A program made the translations under genes and the position numbers. This document shows positions 9,331 to 19,700 of a stretch of 48,657 bases of DNA, one piece after another. The notes beneath the pieces were generated by a model. It did not search any database. It was given only the letters and a program-made list of their open reading frames with translations, and was not told the origin of the DNA. Each line of letters starts with the position of its first letter. The first letter of the stretch is position 1. This DNA comes from Salisapilia sapeloensis CBS 127946 (lineage: Eukaryota > Protista > Oomycota): contig JAADVB010000141.1 of the NCBI GenBank assembly GCA_023334545.1, positions 1-48,657 of the forward strand, in the 5' to 3' direction.

Positions 9331-11448
9331 CTAGTATTCCGATAGATACTTGCTCGGTCGTCGGCCAGAAAAGCTATTGTCACCCATCCAGTCCATACGA
9401 TCCGTAATAGATTGCTGCTGCATGAGCGCACGCAGCTCGTTCAAACTATCTCCTGACGAACCGGCCTGGAAAGATGTCGACAACGTATCCCGGTGCACGG
9501 TCATCGAGTCCCGCCCACCTTCCTGCTGCGCGACTGGGCGTGCAGAAGACGGGCGGTACTCCATCGCTTCATCTTCCTCGTCGCTGTCCACTTCCGCACC
9601 ATCACTGCTCAAACTCTTCGAACAGCTATCTGAATCGCCCTTCTCGGCGGTCTCTCTCGCATCCTCTGAATCAACTCGGCTGTTCTGCTTCGGACGACGA
9701 CGCAAGTACTCGGTGAAGTCATCCGAAGTGCCTTCGAATCGAGCCCAGTGTAATACATCTACATCACGCAGCTTAGCTTCCCGTTCCTTGTCTGGTTCGA
9801 CGGAATCCTCATCCTCGTCGTCAGAGAGGAGGATCGGGAGCTGATACGAGTCTTTCTGCTTGCTAAGAGGGAACTGACTGACCGAGTCGTCCATCGAATC
9901 TGTAAATTGTGTCTGTTGCATGGATAAACGATGGCGTTGTAAAATAGTTTTCTTGTCGTAACAGTGCCGACAGACACGCGCAATGACTTTCAAGTTCAGT
10001 TTCTGCCCGACCTTGGCATTGTTATAAGTGCCATGCGGCTGCCAGATCTCAACAGTCGAGTGCTCACGAGTGGTCTGTTCGTGGGAACCAGACGAAGAAG
10101 AAGACGACTCATCGAAACAAGCCTCGAGCTTCGCGTCTGGACCGTACGACCACGTCTTGTTCGTATTCCGGATCGTCACTTTGTCGCGCGTACTGCACGT
10201 AGCACAAATGACTTCGCCACAAGTCCGACAGTGATGTCTTCGGCGCCATGGGAACTGGAACTTGCGATGACAGATGGAGCAGTTCGATCGGTCTTTGTCG
10301 CGTACCCATTCATTCGTGTTCCGAATAGTAAAGTGCGTATTACTATTCCAATCTTCTTCACCGAGAATAGCTGTCTTGCGTTCACTTCGAACAGACTTTG
10401 GTTGTGCAAAATCAGACATGAACGAGTCTCGCACTTCCGAAAGTGATCCCGGTCGTTCCTTATATGTGTGCGCCGACGCACCGAGCCAAAAGTCTGGTGT
10501 GTTCTTGGCCAGCTCAAAGTTTGGAATCATACCGCGTAGGTTTAATTTACCTTTTTGAGAAGCATTCAAAGCTCCCGTTCGACTGCCACTGCTTTGAGAA
10601 GACGATGCACTGTGTTCATCTCGCTCTGGATCGACCCACAAGAGCATACCTGCACGACAGTAGGATCTTGTCAGACCAAAGTAGGATGCTTGACCGCCGT
10701 ACGGACGGACGTCTATGGAATGGATAAAGCGGTAGACCATGCGCTCGCCGGTTGTAGTTACTTTACTGCCTGTGTGTTCTAATAGGACGCATTCTCTAGC
10801 TGCGCCGAGTTTTCCGAACGGAGACCGGACGGCAAACCACTGAATGCAGAGAGACCAGTACGGGTCTTCTTCTGTCGGCGATTCTAAACAAGCCATATTA
10901 CCGGCATCTAGGAACATGTCGCCAGCGTTGAGTCTGGCGATTTGGCGAAGCTTTTCCGTCGTAGTGGCAACCATGGGCGGACAAATGTCGTCCATAGAGT
11001 CAGCAAGTCGCGTGTGACTCATAAACATGACGCCTCCTCCAGTGTCTTCGCTATTGATCGAGTCGGGCGCTCGGTCCATGCTAAAGTACTCCAAATCGGT
11101 AAGGTCTTCCGACTCGCTCTTCCGCTTGCCAAAGCGAGATTTGCGGGATTTGGACTTCTTGGTCATGTGGCATAAACCTGGTCCGGACGTGGTGATCTTC
11201 CACCCTTGCTTGGTCGCAGTGGGGATGTTGGACCGTGCCCACGTCTTCCCGTCTCGCATGACCTCCTGTCCCTTTTCGACGGCGAACTGTCGGAGCTCGG
11301 CGTGCTGTGACGGTGTCAAGTAGACCTTCGGGATCATGTTTTCCGGCAGCGGATGTGACAGGGGTTCCCGTCCGGCGCTCGAGGTGGAGCGCCGAGGATA
11401 GGAGTGCTCGCTGTCCTCCCTCCTGGACGACGACGATGAAGAGCTCAT
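9331..11448 (-). CDS. START-like + FYVE zinc-finger protein #1
   Basis: Single ORF. The START-like N-terminal half contains DAGNMACL...LCIQWFAVRSP...RECVLLEHTG. The FYVE has WVRD, CSIC, RRRHHCRTCGEVICATC and RVCRHC. First ATG is at 11448; the ORF track starts upstream at a non-ATG codon. Confidence 0.85.
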   Translation of the reverse strand: MSSSSSSSRREDSEHSYPRRSTSSAGREPLSHPLPENMIPKVYLTPSQHAELRQFAVEKGQEVMRDGKTWARSNIPTATKQGWKITTSGPGLCHMTKKSKSRKSRFGKRKSESEDLTDLEYFSMDRAPDSINSEDTGGGVMFMSHTRLADSMDDICPPMVATTTEKLRQIARLNAGDMFLDAGNMACLESPTEEDPYWSLCIQWFAVRSPFGKLGAARECVLLEHTGSKVTTTGERMVYRFIHSIDVRPYGGQASYFGLTRSYCRAGMLLWVDPERDEHSASSSQSSGSRTGALNASQKGKLNLRGMIPNFELAKNTPDFWLGASAHTYKERPGSLSEVRDSFMSDFAQPKSVRSERKTAILGEEDWNSNTHFTIRNTNEWVRDKDRSNCSICHRKFQFPWRRRHHCRTCGEVICATCSTRDKVTIRNTNKTWSYGPDAKLEACFDESSSSSSGSHEQTTREHSTVEIWQPHGTYNNAKVGQKLNLKVIARVCRHCYDKKTILQRHRLSMQQTQFTDSMDDSVSQFPLSKQKDSYQLPILLSDDEDEDSVEPDKEREAKLRDVDVLHWARFEGTSDDFTEYLRRRPKQNSRVDSEDARETAEKGDSDSCSKSLSSDGAEVDSDEEDEAMEYRPSSARPVAQQEGGRDSMTVHRDTLSTSFQAGSSGDSLNELRALMQQQSITDRMDWMGDNSFSGRRPSKYLSEY

Positions 11449-11720
11449 GACGGCGCGTGCACTTGATCGTAGAGGAGAAATACAAGCTGATTGTCGTGGC
11501 GCCGAAAGCGTTGTGTGGATGGCTGTGATGACGTCCGGTAGCAAGTGTCGTTGCCTAGTCGCTAATCGATAGTCGCTTCGTCTGCTTTAACAGCCAAGAC
11601 CTTTGCTCGTTTGGTACCGACAGCACTCGTGAGACGTGAATGAAAAAGCTGGAATGAAAATCGAAGCGTTTCGACCCGAACGCGCTTCGTGCTACGAAGG
11701 AAGAAGATAAAACGTCGAGG

Positions 11721-12540
11721 ATGCATATAAAATTCATACGAAATGTCCGGACTGGCGTGCGCGTGCATAAACCTTCGACAGCTTGGCAAGTGGATAACAC
11801 CAGATGGCACATCGTCAGTAGCACTTTACAAGGGCAAGTGTCTGGCCAGGACGCGACTGCGGCATGTACATGGCAGACAAGACGCGCTTGCTTTCGATAT
11901 AGAGGGAGATGGGCATTTTGCGCATTCGATACCTCAAGTTGGGAATCGACAATCGAGATACCGACATTTTGTGCTGCCAAATCTAGTTTTGCCCAAGAAC
12001 GTCCTACGCAATGGATCACAAATGTCATTGACCGGTCGATAGGTGCTCGAGGGATGGGGGATGTCGACTGTCCACTTGTTTGAAGTTGGCGACAAACATC
12101 CTTGATCGCTGCGAGAAATTGCGCTTTCATAGAAAGATAGAGACTGGTCGGTAGAAACCACGATGTACTCTTGACTTTACCTGATCTTTAATTCTTCTAT
12201 CTATAGACCACATTCAATATTAGATGAGCTTGGTAATCGAGTTGGGAGAGAAGTTTCTGCATTAGAGAGAGATTGGCGCCAGAATTTCTTCACCTCGGCT
12301 GACATCTCAGATGCTATTGGGTACTCTAGGAAGACATGTCGATACATCTAGAGTCACGGACAGTCGAAACGGCATTGCTGGGATTGTTGCAGTTGCTATG
12401 CAAACAGCGCTCCCATAGGGAGTATGCATCACCAGGCACGTACTAGGATGTCAGCAAGGATAACTGTGACTACGAAGAGAGGGAAGATAGCGTGCTTTGC
12501 GAGTGGGTGGCAAAGACGAGTGCTAGTACTTTGAGACGGA
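11721..12540 (+). CDS. Possible unannotated multi-exon hypothetical gene
   Basis: Open frames at 11721-12083 and 11743-12042, plus downstream open segments (LATNILDRCEKLRFHRKIETG; PHSILDELGNRVGREVSALERDWRQNFF) separated by intron-like AT-rich stretches. No family recognised, and strand and model are uncertain. Confidence 0.25.
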
Positions 12541-12572
12541 AGAACGACTATCATGTATTGGCACGCTCTTTA

Positions 12573-13120
12573 CTACTGATCTTTCTTGCCTTTGCCCTTG
12601 ATCACGAGAGGACCGACGTTGTCTCCTAATGGCACAGGATCAGCACCGTCATGTTATGTGATAGCGAGATAAAGTACCTGTTTCCTTGTTGTGCTTAACG
12701 TGAGAGCCATCGCAGTACGGGAACTGTGGATCACTTGGTTAAATAGCATGAAAGAGATAAAATAGCAACATCGAATACCTTTTTGGACTTCCAGCATCTG
12801 CAGTACGCGCAGTTACCAGACTTGCTCTTGTTGCATAGATCCTCAATTTCCACCAATTCCGCTGCCGTCGCTACCTTGTCTTTATTCAAGTCAATTTTGT
12901 GGTTCACGCGCGCCTTGGTGCTGTCCTTGGAGCCTTTACCCCCGGCAAAGATCGCAAAGAGAATGAAAGTAACGAACAGGATGAAGGGGGCCATGTACAT
13001 CAAGTCCTGCTGACTAAGCCTACTAAAGCCACTAAACGTCCGGGGCAGCGGCATCCCTTTCAAATACCTGGGCAATTGGACTTTCAGCCCGTATCTTATA
13101 GAGTCCATTGCTCCTGCCAT
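12573..13120 (-). CDS. CISD2: CDGSH iron-sulfur protein (CISD2/Miner1/mitoNEET-like), 3 exons
   Basis: Exons 13120-12779, 12723-12678 and 12625-12573 (introns of 55 and 52 nt) reconstruct [32 protein letters not shown]. The N-terminal KVQLPRYLKGMPLP motif and a single TM helix are as in CISD2. Confidence 0.93.
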
Positions 13121-13199
13121 TTTGTACTCTCTCGAAACCTGAATCTAGCACAGCTAGTAGATCGATCGACTTATGTGAAAATCTTTTGTGACCACCGGA

Positions 13200-13254
13200 A
13201 AATAAAAAAGAAAGAATTTACCACGAAAGAAAAGAAAGAAAAAGAAAAGGAAGG
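13200..13254. repeat. Low-complexity purine (A/G) tract between the PAP stop and the CISD start
   Basis: aaaataaaaagaaagaa...gaaagaaaagaaagaaaaagaaaaggaagg. It reads as T/C-rich on the transcribed minus strand. Confidence 0.6.
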
Positions 13255-13283
13255 ACAAGCTGCGTGTTTCGATACATTGCAGG

Positions 13284-15465
13284 CTATTTCCATGGCATAA
13301 TGGTGCTCTCGTCAAAGACAGTGCCGTCCTTATTCAGGACGAACTGCAAATTCATTGCATCCGGAGTGGTGGCCACACGCAAGTAGCCATACTCTGCCAC
13401 ATGCGAGACGCTCCAGTTGCCGATTTCCGAAGAAAATGGATATGTTTCCAAGTGATATCCTGCGGATCCTACGACGATGTGAACAGGAGCTCGACCATCG
13501 TCCATGCACTCTGTCTTGTACACTGGGCAGCTCCGTTCATACGAATGTTGATGGCCGACCTAGAAACATGTAAGAAACGAGCATACAGTCGATGAAAGAT
13601 AGCTCCTACCAGAACGAGATTGACACGATGCTCATACAAGAGATCTTCCAGTTCCGCCCGCATATGACGAGAGACGACTTGGTCACGCTGAGATGGTTCA
13701 TCTTGCGTCGTGTACTATGATTTCATTAGAGTACATAAAAGTTGGTAGAAGAAAGGATGTGTGCAACCATCATGCGGTGGGTCGTGACGACGACCCACGG
13801 CGTATGTGATCGATCTACGCGACGGAGGTCTTGTTGCAACCATTGGTACTGGTCTGACGTCCGAGTCCAATCATGTTCAGAAGACAGCTGGATGACATGG
13901 ACACCTCCATAGTCGAAACTGTACCAGTACAACGACCTTCCTGTCGCCGGGACTACGTATCCATCTTAGTAACAGCTTGGTAGACATGTCTGCGTGTTCG
14001 TACCATGCCAGCGATGGTACATGGGTACAGAGCACTCTCCTAGTGAGTCTGATCCGTAGTTTCCCCACGGCGGATGGAAACTATGACCGGACGGATCGCT
14101 CCCGTTGCTCGGATCTCTCTCTCCACCAGCAACGTAGTCGTACTCGTCTATCACCATCTCTTGAATCTACCTAAAGATTGCTGTGTAAGAGTATACGTAC
14201 GATTGCCAACGCTCACCATATATGGACTATCGTCATACGAACAGATGAGAGGAGGATAGAGATACCAATGTACTTGTCTTACACTCTCGTCGCATACGGT
14301 TCGATCTGAGCAAAGAACTTATCCCACACGCTTCCTTCGCCTCGTGCATAGCTAGATAGACGTTAGAAATGATAACGTTCATCGTGACGTTCAGATAGAC
14401 GATAAAACCTGATGTCTCCAAAGTGAAGAAGGAAGTCGTCGTATCCATTGTCCATGACGTCCTCATACACTTTCATGGCAGTGGATTTGGAAGCAGGAGC
14501 TGCATCTACGCCCATATCGGCGTAGGCAATGAACTTGGTGTGCTTCACGTGTTTGGATGGACGGGACTTAAACGATCGGACGGAACTCCATCCGTCTTGG
14601 TCGTTGCCGTAGCGATAGAAATAGACGCGTCCAGGCTCTAGGTCATTCAGGAGGACTGTATGCATGTATCCAGGGTCCCGGAATAACGTCTGTGCAGTCA
14701 CATTCGCCGGAGCATGGCACCTACAGTCTAGATAAGTATATGAAAATAACCGAGAGAGGATGGTAGATACATGTCGGAAGCTTTGTAGGTAGTAGAGCTG
14801 CCTGTAGCATGCTTATGGAGACGGTCGGGTGTCAATCCGTACTGCGCTTCTGGCGTTTTGGACGATGCCGAGTTGAACATGATAGCCATACTGTTCCAGT
14901 CGGTTGTTAAAGCCAAGTGTCCATGCTTTGGACTGTTAATCGACTCTCGCATTGGCACTCGGATGGTCTCAATCTGTTCAAACGACTGCTTCTGGACATT
15001 GTACGAGAAGAAGTGTACGATATAATCGCATCGCATCATGTACAGATCTTGGAAACGGACGGAATGCCAGCTTGCATCGATCTCCGTGACGTTCTTGCGC
15101 TGGAGATAGTCATCCTCGCCATTCGTCGGACCACACGTGAGGGTCAGATAGTCCTTGGGCGTGATCCAAGGCTCCTTGGACCAGTACACCACCAAATCCC
15201 CGCCATTCTCTAGGGATTTCGGTAAAGGTGTAAGTGCCACTTGCTTCTCGCCGACCCACAATTCTTCCGGATCCGGTAGATTCATGTACATTTGCTGGAC
15301 GACTGCATGGTCGTTTAAATCGATTGAAAGGACGACACAAGCAACGCCAAACAATAGGCAACCAAGCCCGACTAGTACTCTCGACCGACGTGTACGACTG
15401 GTAGAGACCTGAGCGACAGGAGCATCGCTGTCTGTCTCCAATAACGCATACGCTCCCTTCTCCAT
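13284..15465 (-). CDS. Purple acid phosphatase (Fn3-like + metallophosphoesterase), type II membrane-anchored, 8 exons
   Basis: Splicing across seven GT-AG introns restores all five PAP motifs: ADMG, GDISYA, GNHE, VTTHR and GHQHSYER. The N-terminus has RTRRSR followed by the hydrophobic VLVGLGCLLFGVACVVLSI. Confidence 0.9.
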
Positions 15466-15559
15466 TCTCTCAATTCGAATTCTCAGGATCTCCGATCTTC
15501 AAGTTGTGCAAGGTTGCACGAAGGTTGTCGATTATTGGACAGCTAAGCACAACACGAAA

Positions 15560-16684
15560 ATGGACGCTGGGCAGGCGCCGATCATCTTGGACCCGGGCAT
15601 TCGTGACTGGGTCGTGCTTCCCATGGTCGTCATCTTCGGATGCTCGGCTATGGTTAGACACTATGTGACGCAGATACTCAAGGGGGAGAAGCCTGTGGAC
15701 GTCAATACGATGCGCCCAATGTATGCTTTGACTAGCACGAGTTGATACGGGACTTTGTGACTGAGATTGGTTTGTAGGAGTACAGTCAAGCGAGCTCAGA
15801 TCACTCGCGTCAACTCCAAGTTCATCCGTCCAGACGCTTTTGCCATGCGAAAGGTACTTTTATGTATTTTAAAATGTGTGAGTTTATGATAAAGTTGGAT
15901 ACTTGTCCTAGTTCCACTTCACAGCGTCGCAGAAGAAGGATGGGGTGAAAGGAGTGTTGCGTGAAAAGGTCAAGAGTGAAGCGATGAACCAGATGATGAA
16001 TCCTGGCAACATGATTGACATGATGAAGGGAAACATGACGTTCATGGTCTCGAACTTTGTCATGATGGGACTCATGAGCTACTTCTTTGGAGGATTTGTC
16101 CTTGGTACATACACCTTATTACTTCTTACAATGTATATTTCTCATATTGTAAATAGCCAAGGTGCCGTTCTCGCTCACTCAAAAGTTCAAAACGATGTTG
16201 CAACGTGGCATCGAGCTCGAGTACGTTAGCTCCAAACTATCCATCCCTCTGCATCTGCTGACACCCTGCATAGCTCCTTGGACGTCTCGTACGTGTCCTC
16301 CGTCTCGTGGTACTTCCTCGTCATGTTTGGCATGCGTGGCTTCCTCTCCCTCATCCTAGGCGAGCAAAGCGGTACATACCCTTGGTACGACATGTAGTCC
16401 CTACCTCTAATATTTTTCTAGCGAGCGATGATGCCAAGGCCATGCAGATGCAAATGGGTATGGGCATGGGTAACAATGCTCAATTCGACGCTCCAAAGCA
16501 GTACAAACAAGAGCGTGTGAGTATGCGTCTACATGAGCATCAGTGGGTATTGGAGCATGCGGAAAAGAAGCTGCTGGGAGACAACATTCCGAAACCGACC
16601 AAGGCAACTGCAGCTGCTCCTGCCGCTGCACCGGTATCGGAGAAGCGGTCGGCCAAGTTCCAAAAGTCGAACAAGAGAAGATAA
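15560..16684 (+). CDS. EMC3: ER membrane protein complex subunit 3 (TMEM111), multi-exon
   Basis: [66 protein letters not shown] and HQWVL match EMC3 blocks. Confidence 0.93.
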
Positions 16685-16752
16685 ACACGCGATGTGGGTC
16701 GCGAGAGAAGAAGCGAAATACAAAACCACTTTTCGATTGCCATTAGATGCAG

Positions 16753-19700
16753 TTATAACCATGGAGCCCACCCAGGAAAGAGTCGACATAGGTTATGCTC
16801 ATCCCTTGCTTGACTAATCAGCTGCTTAACTTGTCCTTCGATGCTCAGAGCATTTCCATTCGGATCCTCATACCCTTCCAGCTTCTGCTTGATCCGAATT
16901 AGCGCTCGACTGGCAGCGTCACTGCCTGGAACTGCATCCGTCTGAGCATCATCCTGTGTCTCCATGTCCGTTATCCTCTTGTCTTCACCTTCTTGTAGTT
17001 GCAATGCTCGGACGGGAGACAGCGTCCACTGGTAGAGCGGGTCATGGACAAACACTTCTAAGATTGTCACCATAGACGACCGCTTCCGTCGAAGTACTTG
17101 TAACGTAGCCTCACAGCACCTCATGAACGTTCCTTCTGTGCCAGAGACACCCATGGCGTCGACAATGTCTCTTGTGAGACGGAATGGGACGGTCTCAGGT
17201 GTCATAAGTGCTTGTCCTTGATCAAAGACGACGCCAAAGTCAATGTGCACGACCTCTGCCGAGCCTTCATGGATCAGAATGTTCTGCGAGTGGCGGTCAC
17301 CAATGCCCAAGATATGTCCTACGATCGATACTACCGCCGTACTATGGATGTATGCCTTTCGTCGATGCATCCACGTTGCTGGATCAGGATACTTTTCCAG
17401 GAAGAAGTGGTGAAAGACTGGCGTGAAGTGTCGTTGGATCTCTTCAAACGCCTCTAGCTTCTGTCTTGTCGTTCCTGCGTTCTGAAGGACACTACGACAT
17501 TGACTATTCGGCCATTCATCTGGATGGTAGCGTTCATGCGCCGACACTTGTCCACGAGAGCTTTTAGTCAAGTACTCGCCAATACCAATCGTATCTTCCA
17601 CCCACTCCAAGACACCAGCAATAGGAGACAACGGAACTACCTTGTACGTACACAAATGAAGTCCTCTTCGACGACAGTTCGGATCTTCTTTGAGAAATTG
17701 ATTCACCGTCTCAAAAGCCTGTTCGATCACCAGGTCCTGTCGAGTATCATCACGTCCTTTTACCAGTTGCTTGTACCGGTTTCCGTCTGAACCGTAGCAG
17801 TACAAGATCTTTGGACGATGGATGCCAGTGTCTGTGACAGTAAAGGTCGAATCAAAGCTCATCACACGCGGGACATCCGAGTAGTCTCCATCACTCCGTG
17901 GCTTTACGTGGCATGTAAGCACCGGAGGCATGGCGCCTACTTCACGAGACTTGCGCGTCAAGTCTCGCATAACTTTATCAAAGCTGACGACCGATCGAGC
18001 TGAGCGTGAAGCTTTAGAGGTATTGCTCTCGATGGATGTAGAGTTCGAGAGATGGATAGGAACTTTACTAAGCGGAATCTTACGTGTCGTTTTTTCAAAC
18101 TCTTTCGTGTCGAACAATGCGAGCTGCGTGTAGGCAGTAGCAAGCGTATCCATGGACTCGACTAGATTGCCAACATTCATCGAATGGAGCTCATCTAAGA
18201 TACTAGCTGCAGCAATCGACTTGCTGTCTCCAACGTTAGCTCGGAACTCGTTTGCATGACGGCCATCGACGTTGGTGCTGTTCCTAAGCGCAAGGAGCTG
18301 CACGACTGTATGATACGGATGCTGTCTACCGAGCTTTAGTACTAACGACTTTAGAATTCGTTGAAAGTGACTCAAGTGTCCACTTGACTCTGGTGTGTTG
18401 ATACGAGAGATAATCTGGTAGGATAGCGGAACGAATTTGTACGACGGAACACTTTCCAAGACTTCTTCCATCACGTCATTCGCTTTCTCACTCGATTGGT
18501 TGTTAAACCAAAGTGAGATGAGTCGGAAGACGATAGCGAGTTCAGACGTACCAGAGAAAGCTAGAGCTCGTCCATACGCTCTCAACGCTCCTTCCAAGAA
18601 CTGCTCGACAGAATTTTCCACCTGACTCCGTTCCTCTCGATCACGTTCCACCTCTTTACTCAATACGAAAATATGTCGCCGATTATTTCGCTGTTGTTCA
18701 TCATCCATTCGGTTGCAAGCTTCAAGCTCCCGAACTCTTGCGTCTGCTAGCTTCTTCCCTGCAAGCCACTCCCTCGTTTTTACACGAGTAGACACCTGCT
18801 GATGCATCTCGGCCATAAAGTCAGCTAGAGCTAAATGTGCCTTGTACGCTTCCTTTGGCGACTCTTTCACAACAGGATGTGGCATGCTGTTCACAAGGTC
18901 AGCTGCGCGTCCGAGGTACTTTTCCAATATCGTCTGTGAGTTCTCAGATCGTTGGGATGCTAGCCACTTGCCAATCATCGTCAGTGTGGACACTTGTAGT
19001 CGTTGCAACGACACCTTCGTCTGCTCCCTAGACACATTTTTCAGTTTAGACGAGATGTCTTGCTCCACTTCTTGAGCTACCCATAGAGCGCTTCGGGTTT
19101 CACGTTGATCCCATAGCAACTTGGCTTTAGCGATGGTTGATTGGATCTGTGAGGTTATCGGTAGGGACTGCTCTGCCTCAAGCTGTTGGAGCTGCATTAG
19201 AGCACGATAAGCAATGGCGACACGACCCGCTTTCCGACTGATAGACACAGTCGACAGCAAGTGCTCTGTTAGCAATCTGTTCTTCTCTTCCCCCACGGTG
19301 ACTTGCTGGATAAGCGTTTGCTGCAGTTGCATGACAGGATGGAGCTGGTCAAAGTCATCCATTAAATGTCGATTACGTTGCTGCCAACGCTCATGCAGTT
19401 CAATCATGGACAAGGTAGTGCTGCCTTGCTCATCCATGTCGTCCTGAGAATTGACTAGTTTGGACGAGATAGGAGTGACGTGCTGTCTGCCTTGCAACGA
19501 TTGAGCAGCTTCTTCTACTTCACGAATGCTTTGGAGATGTAAAAGTGACGAGTACAACTCTTTCGTAGCTTCCAATCCGCTTATACTCGTCTGCATAGAC
19601 GCTAGAACGTCTTTCTTGGCTTGCTTTGTACAATCCAACATGGTCGTATAATCTCGCTGCTCAAGTAATTGGAGACTCTCTGTGAGTATACGCTCATGAG

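Noticed and set aside
15466-15481. Heat-shock element reading of TTCGAATTC
   Set aside because: The spacing does not fit alternating nGAAn pentamers, so I kept it only as a palindrome.
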